Positions 57,670-64,000 of a stretch of 64,000 nt of DNA are shown here, piece after piece. The stretch is taken from the NCBI GenBank assembly GCA_002422795.1, contig DITJ01000004.1, forward strand, positions 31,329-95,328, given 5' to 3'. Numbering within the stretch: the stretch's first letter is position 1; each line of letters begins with the position of its first letter. The DNA comes from Alphaproteobacteria bacterium UBA6187 (GTDB lineage: Bacteria; Pseudomonadota; Alphaproteobacteria; Rickettsiales; UBA6187). The notes under the pieces are model-generated. The model was given only the letters and a program-made list of their open reading frames with translations, had not been told where the DNA came from and searched no databases. The position numbers and the translations under genes are program-made.

Positions 57670-58506
57670 ATGAAAAACACCCTGGACTCCCTCCTTCCCA
57701 TACGCGATATAGTGCAAAAATATGGCATAAATGCAGATAAAAAACTTGGGCAGAATTTTCTTTTCGATCTTAATCTTACCGATAAAATTGCGCGTAGCGC
57801 CGGTAACTTAAAAGATGTGCAGGTGCTTGAAATAGGCCCCGGGCCTGGGGCGCTCACCCGTTCACTCTTAAAAGCCGGTGCGATAGTTACCGCAATTGAG
57901 ATGGATAAAAAATGTGTAAATGCTTTGGAATCATCACTCATGCCTGCTGCGGAGGGGCGTCTTAAGATAATTAGTGGTGATGCGCTGGATATAAGAACTT
58001 ATGCAAATCTTCCGCCAAAAATGATGGTTGTTGCCAACTTGCCTTATAATATATCAACCGCGCTTCTCACAATGTGGCTGGATAGACTGGAATCATTTTC
58101 AGGCTTTACTTTGATGTTCCAGAAAGAAGTTGCCGATAGGATAATGTCTGCACCAAATAGTAAAGATTATGGGCGTTTATCTGTTAAAGTACAGTGGGTT
58201 TGCGATACCGGGCATGAATTTGATATACCGCCTACTGCATTTTTTCCGCCCCCGAAGGTTACATCTTCGGTTATCACTATCACCCCGCTTGCTGAAAAAA
58301 GGGCGGAGGCAAATGTTGAAACTTTAGAGAGATTATGCAAGGCGGTTTTTGGGCAAAGGCGCAAAACACTGCGTGTAAGCTTAAAACAGATAAGCGATAA
58401 TCCTGTTGCATTGCTACAAAAAGTCGGCATTGATGATAATAGAAGGCCGGAGCAGCTTAGTGTTGAGGAATTTTGTGCGCTTGCGCGGGCGATAGATGAA
58501 AAATAA
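57670..58506 (+). CDS. rsmA: 16S rRNA (adenine1518/1519-N6)-dimethyltransferase
   Basis: LGQNFL, SAM motif VLEIGPGPGALT and NLPYNIST. Confidence 0.9.
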   Translation: MKNTLDSLLPIRDIVQKYGINADKKLGQNFLFDLNLTDKIARSAGNLKDVQVLEIGPGPGALTRSLLKAGAIVTAIEMDKKCVNALESSLMPAAEGRLKIISGDALDIRTYANLPPKMMVVANLPYNISTALLTMWLDRLESFSGFTLMFQKEVADRIMSAPNSKDYGRLSVKVQWVCDTGHEFDIPPTAFFPPPKVTSSVITITPLAEKRAEANVETLERLCKAVFGQRRKTLRVSLKQISDNPVALLQKVGIDDNRRPEQLSVEEFCALARAIDEK

Positions 58507-58552
58507 GAAAAATATCCCGGAAGCTGGTTTGTTCCCGGGATTAATATCCTGC

Positions 58553-58798
58553 CTAAACTTTAAAAAACTCTTCAAACGGAACATTTAAAATAGCAGCTAG
58601 TTTTATTAATACTTCAAAGGAAACTTTATTATCGCCCCTTTCGTATTTTTCAATTGTCTTGCTACTCAGGCCGGAAAGCATGGAAAGGCCGTCTATAGTT
58701 ATTTTTTTGCTGATTCTTGCCTTATGGATTTTTTCACCGATATTTCTGTAGAAATTATGCAGGGAAATGCCTTCTTCGCTGGTTGTAATTAAGCTCAC
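58553..58798 (-). CDS. XRE family helix-turn-helix protein
   Basis: GTG start with AAGGAG 8 nt upstream. HTH_3-like IHKARISKKITIDGLSMLSGLSSKTIEKYERGDN. Confidence 0.7.
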   Translation of the reverse strand: MSLITTSEEGISLHNFYRNIGEKIHKARISKKITIDGLSMLSGLSSKTIEKYERGDNKVSFEVLIKLAAILNVPFEEFFKV

Positions 58799-58835
58799 TT
58801 CAAACTCCTTGGTTAATGGTTTTACATTAAATTAA

Positions 58836-59012
58836 CCACCAGTTTCCTGGTGGCCGGAAGTTCAAACAGCTGCAAAGATTCAGCCGCCATGCCCTTTAGC
58901 TTAAAGCCTGGACATACGGCATGGCCAACCGGCCAATTAGGGCAAGACGTAAAAACACACCCTTAAGCCGGAGGGTGTAGACCGATCTTTGCAGGAAGTG
59001 TTTGAAGCTTCC
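58836..59012. other. GC-rich, highly structured ~180-nt element (candidate ncRNA/leader or single-copy palindromic element)
   Basis: A long imperfect closing stem pairs ggaagttcaaacagctgcaaagat (58856..58879) with atctttgcaggaagtgtttgaagcttcc (58985..59012). Inner hairpins are gccatgcc...ggcatggc and acaccct-taagccgg-agggtgt. A ccaccag-tttc-ctggtgg hairpin sits at 58836..58853. Confidence 0.4.
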
Positions 59013-59258
59013 CGGGCAAGTGCCCATAACGTAACATTAAATTATTGAAGTTAGGTTGTAAAGGTTATTTTTACCATTCCAACTATAAGGCAAAATCCTG
59101 TATTTTATTATTGTAAAATACCAAAACTTTACAATAATAACCCCTTGAAAATCGGAAAAAGAGGTGTTATAACGCACTCAATATTCAGGCAGTGTTAGGT
59201 ATTTGCTGCATATACCCATAATCATACAAATTAATCCCACAATTTTAGAGGAAATCAA

Positions 59259-60695
59259 ATGGCTGGAAAATCTGATAAAAGCAACAAGACCCCAAATGAG
59301 GTTTTTTTCGACCTCATTAAGGCTAATGATATTAAATATGTAGATTTTCGTTTTACAGATCCTAAAGGTAAATGCCAGCATACCAGCTATGATGTGCGCC
59401 AGATAGATGCTGATGCAATAAAAAACGGCATCATGATTGACGGCTCTTCAATTTCCGGCTGGAAAGAAATTGATGAATCAGACATGGTTATCAGGCCGGA
59501 TGTAAACACTGCTTTCATTGACCCATTCACAGCCCGCCCGACTATCTGCGTTGTTTGTGATGTAATCGAGCCTGAAACTGGCGCTCCTTATACTCGTGAC
59601 CCACGCTCAACAGCTAAAGCTGCGGAAGAATATTTGAGATCAACCGGTATCGGCGATACAGTATATGTAGGGCCTGAGCCTGAATTCTTCGTATTTGATG
59701 ATGTTCGTTATGGCAGTTCTATGAATACATCATTCTATAGTGTTGATTCACGTGAAGGCGCTTATAATTCAGGTACTCAATATGAAGGCGGCAATTTAGC
59801 ACACCGCCCTAAAGTAAAAGGTGGATATTTCCCGGTTCAGCCAGTGGATTCATTCAACGATATGCGTGCTGAAATGTTGGAAATGCTAGAAGTTGTTGGT
59901 ATTACACCAGTTCTACATCACCATGAAGTTGCACCAAGCCAGCTTGAGCTTGGTATAATGTTCAGTACCCTTACTGATATGGCTGATAAAGTACAAAGCT
60001 ATAAATATGTAGTACATAACGTTGCTGATATTTATGGAAAAAGCGCAACTTTCATGCCTAAGCCGATTGCTGGCGATAATGGTTCTGGAATGCACTGTCA
60101 CCAGTCTATCTGGAAAGATGGCGTGAATTTGTTTGCTGGTAATAAATATGCAGGTCTTTCCCAGGAATGCCTATGGTATATCGGCGGTATAATAAAACAT
60201 GCTAAAGCTATTAACGCTTTCACTAACTCCACTACCAACAGCTATAAACGCTTAGTTCCAGGTTATGAAGCCCCGGTTCACCTTGCTTATTCTTCACTTA
60301 ACCGTTCTGCATCTATCCGTATCCCGCATGTGCATAATGCAAAAGGTAAGCGTATCGAGTGCCGCTTCCCAGATCCTGTATCTAACCCTTATTATGCATT
60401 TGCAGCTATGCTTATGGCTGGTCTTGATGGTATTAAGAATAAAATTGATCCAGGCGCACCTGCGGATAAAAACCTTTATGCACTTCCTGAAGCTGAACTG
60501 CGTGACATTCCGCGCGTTGCCCGCTCCTTGCATGAAGCGCTTGATTGCCTGGATGCTGACCGTGCATTCCTTACTGCTGGCGGCGTATTCAAAGACGACC
60601 AGATTGATTCATACATCCGCTTGAAAATGGCTGAAGTAATCGAATGGGAAGCAACTCCACATCCGATTGAATTTATAAATTCATATAGCTCATAA
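59259..60695 (+). CDS. glnA: glutamine synthetase type I
   Basis: 478 aa with [31 protein letters not shown] and the adenylylation-loop context NLYALP. Confidence 0.95.
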   Translation: MAGKSDKSNKTPNEVFFDLIKANDIKYVDFRFTDPKGKCQHTSYDVRQIDADAIKNGIMIDGSSISGWKEIDESDMVIRPDVNTAFIDPFTARPTICVVCDVIEPETGAPYTRDPRSTAKAAEEYLRSTGIGDTVYVGPEPEFFVFDDVRYGSSMNTSFYSVDSREGAYNSGTQYEGGNLAHRPKVKGGYFPVQPVDSFNDMRAEMLEMLEVVGITPVLHHHEVAPSQLELGIMFSTLTDMADKVQSYKYVVHNVADIYGKSATFMPKPIAGDNGSGMHCHQSIWKDGVNLFAGNKYAGLSQECLWYIGGIIKHAKAINAFTNSTTNSYKRLVPGYEAPVHLAYSSLNRSASIRIPHVHNAKGKRIECRFPDPVSNPYYAFAAMLMAGLDGIKNKIDPGAPADKNLYALPEAELRDIPRVARSLHEALDCLDADRAFLTAGGVFKDDQIDSYIRLKMAEVIEWEATPHPIEFINSYSS

Positions 60696-60722
60696 TATTT
60701 GCTATTAGTATTATTAGAAGAA

Positions 60723-60750
60723 AGGGGGGCGAAAGCCTCCCTTTTTTATT
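60723..60750 (+). terminator. rho-independent terminator of glnA
   Basis: aggggggc-gaaa-gcctccct followed by ttttt. Confidence 0.8.
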
Positions 60751-60880
60751 GGATGGGGTGTAGGGTTAATAAGTGCATATTAACTAACCCGAGTAACGCT
60801 TAAGGAAAACTTTTGCATTTAAGTTCTTAGGTGGCTAAGCTGCTGCTTTTATTGCACAATATAAACAAGTAGTTTAGCCA

Positions 60881-60974
60881 TGAATATAGATATCACAGCA
60901 TTATACGCCTGTCTTGATGATTTTTGCAAATTGCACAAATCATCGCAAAAGAATCGGTATATACCAATCCGAAA
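60881..60974 (+). pseudogene. possible N-terminal stub of an IS982/DDE-type transposase
   Basis: MNIDITALYACLDDFCKLHK resembles the (L/I)F..VDDFCK N-termini of IS982-like transposases. The frame runs straight into the tRNA-Lys gene. Confidence 0.3.
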
Positions 60975-61050
60975 TGGTGGGCCATGCGGGGTTCGAACCT
61001 GCGACAAACCGATTAAGAGTCGGTTGCTCTACCAGCTGAGCTAATGGCCC
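60975..61050 (-). tRNA. tRNA-Lys(CUU)
   Basis: The reverse complement folds as GGGCCAT-TA-GCTC-AGCTGGTA-GAGC-A-ACCGA-CTCTTAA-TCGGT-TTGTC-GCAGG-TTCGAAC-CCCGC-ATGGCCC-A-CCA. There is one A.C mismatch in the T stem, and CCA is encoded. Confidence 0.9.
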
Positions 61051-61145
61051 ACAATGGGTGTGTCTTGTGTTGGTAACCTAGATACTTATAAAAACAAGCT
61101 TTGTCAAAGGAATTAGATATGGGAAGCTGGGCAATCTTACTAAAA

Positions 61146-61185
61146 TATAGCATTTTCCATTTTTAGGCAATCATGCGTCAATCAT
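61146..61185. mobile_element. 40-bp fragment of the arm-A/core-1 MITE
   Basis: tatagcattttccatttttaggcaatcatgcgtcaatcat matches the left end of the 11448 and 29309 elements. Confidence 0.6.
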
Positions 61186-61219
61186 AACCATATTTATATT
61201 TTATAGAACCTATGTGAAC

Positions 61220-63451
61220 CTAATTCCCAACCAGAATCTCCCTTTTCCCTGTATGACCCGGCTGGCTGATAACACCTTCTTTTTCCATACGCTCAATAAG
61301 GTTGGCGGCTTTGTTGTAACCGATACGCAGTTGCCGCTGCACATAGCTGGTGGAGGCCTTCTTATCACGCAGCACTATTGCCACAGCTTTATCATACAAC
61401 GCATCTTCCCCACTGCCTTCGGGTTCATTGCCGAATTCAGCATCTTCTTCATCTTTGGTAATATCTTCTATATATTGCGGTGGGCCTTGCAGTTTCAAAT
61501 GCGCTACAACTTTTTCCACTTCCTTATCATCAACAAACGGGCCGTGCACGCGGGTTATGCGCCCGCCGCCTGCCATATATAACATATCACCCATGCCGAG
61601 AAGTTGCTCCGCGCCCATTTCACCAAGAATGGTTCGGCTATCGATTCTTGAGGTAACCTGGAAGCTGATACGAGTTGGGAAGTTGGCTTTGATAACACCC
61701 GTGATTACGTCCACCGATGGACGCTGCGTTGCCATTACCATATGGATTCCGGCAGCACGCGCCATCTGCGCCAGGCGCTGGATGGAAGATTCAATTTCTT
61801 TACCTGCAGTCAGCATTAAATCCGCCATTTCATCCACAATCACCACGATAAACGGCAATTTCACCATCTCAAGCGGTTGCTTTTCAATAATAGGCTCGCC
61901 TGTTTCCGGATTAAATCCGGTTTGAACTTTGCGCTCCAGCTGGATTCCGGCTTTTATACCATCTTCAATCGCCTTATTATATCCGGTTATATTTCTTACG
62001 CTCATATTAGACATCAGGCGGTAACGGTTTTCCATCTCCCGCACTGCCCATTTAAGCGCAACTACCGCTTTTGAAGGTTCCGTTACAACAGGCGCTATAA
62101 GGTGCGGTATGCCGTCATACACCGAAAGCTCCAGCATTTTCGGGTCAATCATTATGAATTTACATTCATCAGGCGTCAGGCGGTACAGGAATGAAAGTAT
62201 CATGGCGTTCACCGCAACCGATTTACCTGAACCGGTAGTACCCGCAATCAGTAAATGCGGCATACGTGCAAGGTCAGTAGTTACAGGCTCACCGCTAATA
62301 TCCTTACCCAGAGCAATTGGCAATTTAACGCGCTTATCTTTATAATCTTCAGTCTCCAGAAGCTCCCTTAAATATACAACTTCACGCTCTAAATTCGGCA
62401 GTTCTATACCTAGGATATTACGCCCAGGCACAACCGCGATACGTGCCGAAATTGCGCTCATAGATCTGGCAATATCATCAGACAGGCCAATAACGCGTGA
62501 TGATTTTGTGCCAGGCGATGGTTCAAGTTCATATAAGGTAACTACAGGGCCAGGGCGAACTTTAACAATTTCCCCTTCAACACCAAAATCTTCCAGCACT
62601 TTTTTAAGTAGCTTGGCATTTTGTTCCAGCGATTTTGGCGTTATTTCAACTTTAGTACGGCGCGCTTTTAAAGGATCGGTTAGCATATCCTGGTCTGGTA
62701 GTTGGAACTGGCCAATATCCAGTTTTAAGGAAGCCTGCTGCGCTGGTTTTTTCTTTTTTATTTCCGGTTTATATTCAACTATATCTTCTTTAACTACTGG
62801 CTTTACCTGCACGCGGATTGGTTCTTTCCTTAATATTTTCCGCAGCAGGTTTAAAAGCCCAATCGAGATTAAGTAGCAAACCCTGCTGATTGTTTTTATT
62901 ATGAAAACAGTTTTCCTATAAATCCAGATAACTTCATATAAACGCATTTCCATTGCGAAAAATAAAGTTGGGATAAATATACAAAATATAACAAAGAAAC
63001 TTACATATGGCGGAATAATTTCAGGAATCACTTTGATAATAATATCCCCGGCAGCGCCGCCAAGACTCACATAAAACGGCCACCATTCAGGCACAGGAAG
63101 CAGTGAGCATAACATGGCAAATGAAACCAGCATTATTATGGTAGAAGGAATTGTTACCATTAATATATAGCGGCTTTGCCTGCCTAATGTGCGACAACCC
63201 CACACAAATAAGGCAATGGCAAATAATATTGGGCATAGGCCGAAAAACTGCATCACGGAATCAGCAGCATACGCGCCTATTTTTCCCAGAGCATTGGAAA
63301 CATCCCCACTTGACGCACGGTTAAATGAAGAATCATTCTGGCTATAGCTTATTATAGCATTAAACAAAAACAAGGCAAAACCCATGCTGAGGAACGCCTT
63401 GCCCAGGATTTTTATCTTTGCTTTTACAGAAATATTTTCTTTGGTTGCCAT
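61220..63451 (-). CDS. ftsK: DNA translocase FtsK
   Basis: 743 aa with N-terminal TM segments, Walker A GTTGSGKS, Walker B VVIVDEMADL, and a C-terminal gamma wHTH (ASTSYVQRQLRIGYNKAANLIERME). Confidence 0.95.
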   Translation of the reverse strand: MATKENISVKAKIKILGKAFLSMGFALFLFNAIISYSQNDSSFNRASSGDVSNALGKIGAYAADSVMQFFGLCPILFAIALFVWGCRTLGRQSRYILMVTIPSTIIMLVSFAMLCSLLPVPEWWPFYVSLGGAAGDIIIKVIPEIIPPYVSFFVIFCIFIPTLFFAMEMRLYEVIWIYRKTVFIIKTISRVCYLISIGLLNLLRKILRKEPIRVQVKPVVKEDIVEYKPEIKKKKPAQQASLKLDIGQFQLPDQDMLTDPLKARRTKVEITPKSLEQNAKLLKKVLEDFGVEGEIVKVRPGPVVTLYELEPSPGTKSSRVIGLSDDIARSMSAISARIAVVPGRNILGIELPNLEREVVYLRELLETEDYKDKRVKLPIALGKDISGEPVTTDLARMPHLLIAGTTGSGKSVAVNAMILSFLYRLTPDECKFIMIDPKMLELSVYDGIPHLIAPVVTEPSKAVVALKWAVREMENRYRLMSNMSVRNITGYNKAIEDGIKAGIQLERKVQTGFNPETGEPIIEKQPLEMVKLPFIVVIVDEMADLMLTAGKEIESSIQRLAQMARAAGIHMVMATQRPSVDVITGVIKANFPTRISFQVTSRIDSRTILGEMGAEQLLGMGDMLYMAGGGRITRVHGPFVDDKEVEKVVAHLKLQGPPQYIEDITKDEEDAEFGNEPEGSGEDALYDKAVAIVLRDKKASTSYVQRQLRIGYNKAANLIERMEKEGVISQPGHTGKREILVGN

Positions 63452-63505
63452 TATTTAGTCGTTTTTATGAATTGCGTTTTTTACTGCTTCTACAAAAAAT
63501 GCTGA

Positions 63506-63621
63506 CTCGTCATTGCGATGAGTCGAACGGAGTGAGTACGAAGAAGCAATCCAGTGTTAACAAGAAAGGAAGAGCGGATTGCCACGTTGCGCTCACAAGA
63601 GTTCGGCTCCTCGCAATGACG
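63506..63621. mobile_element. palindromic MITE-like element (CGTCATTGCGA...ATTGCCACG family), second copy
   Basis: ctcgtcattgcgatgagtcg... faces ...ggctcctcgcaatgacgaa. It shares the tcattgcga / attgccacg / tcgcaatgacg blocks with 3977..4110. Confidence 0.65.
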
Positions 63622-63711
63622 AACATTGGCGTTATTAGTGTGTATAAAAGAATATATTCTAGCAAAACTTTAGAAATATACTATTAATCTTTTATTTTTA
63701 CGGGCTTAAAA

Positions 63712-64000
63712 CTACCTATCCCCAAAGCTAGCTGGTGCTGGGTCTATTACCACGCCTTTCCCATTATTCACCATCATCACTGCAAAACCACGCTCCGCAA
63801 GCCCATCATCGCGCAAGCGGAATATACCATCCACACCTATAAAACCACGCGGATTGGTTAGAGCATCCCTGCTGAAATTATCACCGGAAATTCTAGCAAC
63901 CGTAGCAACTAACGCAATTCCGTCATAAGCAAGCCCAGCAAGTTTTGGTGCATCATGGCCATAGGCTGAGCGGAAATTACCTTCAAATTCGCTTCTGCGT
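63712..64000 (-). CDS. periplasmic-binding-fold (LivJ/LpoA-like, PBP-activator-type) protein, C-terminal 95 codons (ORF enters from beyond the window end)
   Basis: Stop at 63712..63714. The frame is open to the window edge. The translation ...LAGLAYDGIALVATV...GFIGVDGIFRLRDDGLAERGFAVMMV... fits the C-terminal lobe of type I periplasmic binding proteins. Confidence 0.45.
   Translation of the reverse strand, partial: RRSEFEGNFRSAYGHDAPKLAGLAYDGIALVATVARISGDNFSRDALTNPRGFIGVDGIFRLRDDGLAERGFAVMMVNNGKGVVIDPAPASFGDR

Noticed and set aside
58836-59012. A firm call as 6S RNA or SRP RNA.
   Set aside because: The SRP domain IV apex is not satisfied (CC-GGAA-GT instead of CC-GGAA-GG, and no AGCAGC symmetric loop). 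The 6S-like closing stem is present, but the apical part is a three-way junction. It is left as an unassigned structured element.
59030-59258. Sigma-54 (GG-N10-GC) promoter and NtrC sites upstream of glnA, and the palindrome attattgtaaa-N10-tttacaataat at about 59107..59138.
   Set aside because: The only GG...GC candidate (ggcagtgttaggtatttgc) has the wrong spacing, and no TGCACC-N5-GGTGCA sites are present. The 11-bp AT-only palindrome could arise by chance in AT-rich DNA. It is noted but not called.

Overview
The window is an AT-rich (~40% GC) chromosomal segment with alphaproteobacterial gene content and synteny, probably from a Rickettsiales/Holosporales-like intracellular lineage. That placement rests on gene order only: lptD-surA-rsmA, pal, an Rrf2 regulator followed by two tandem cysteine desulfurases and iscU-iscA-hscB-hscA, and bolA-grxD. 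No database search was possible, so every protein call rests on motifs visible in the ORF translations.

Most of the window is housekeeping: aatA, mlaA/mlaC, ahcY, pal, ndk, purM, coaE, dnaQ, rlmH, rsfS, nadD, proBA, grxD, dapA, smpB, cspA, rluC, mazG, tonB-exbBD, pyrE, the isc operon, lptD, surA, rsmA, glnA, tRNA-Lys and ftsK. The 5' end (1-3.8 kb) is a decayed lambda/GTA-like prophage remnant carrying a DUF4238 gene next to a truncated tRNA-Val.

Three things stand out:
- At least 15 intergenic hairpins have arms built from 7- or 8-nt tandem repeats. They fill almost every short intercistronic spacer, including five consecutive spacers of the isc-hsc operon (nifS-like/iscS through hscB/hscA), and usually end 5-9 nt before the next start codon.
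- There is a dense, mosaic population of TA-flanked MITE-like palindromic elements. One disrupts a GNAT gene, one sits open-frame in an RDD-family ORF, and one supplies the rsfS stop codon.
- A surface-protein island (36.0-44.9 kb) holds a TMEM43/DUF1625-like protein with an acidic, Pro-rich repeat tail, followed by two giant GspG/pilin-like proteins fused to 1 and 3 LamG-like modules. No pilus machinery lies nearby.

No CRISPR arrays or rRNA genes were seen.
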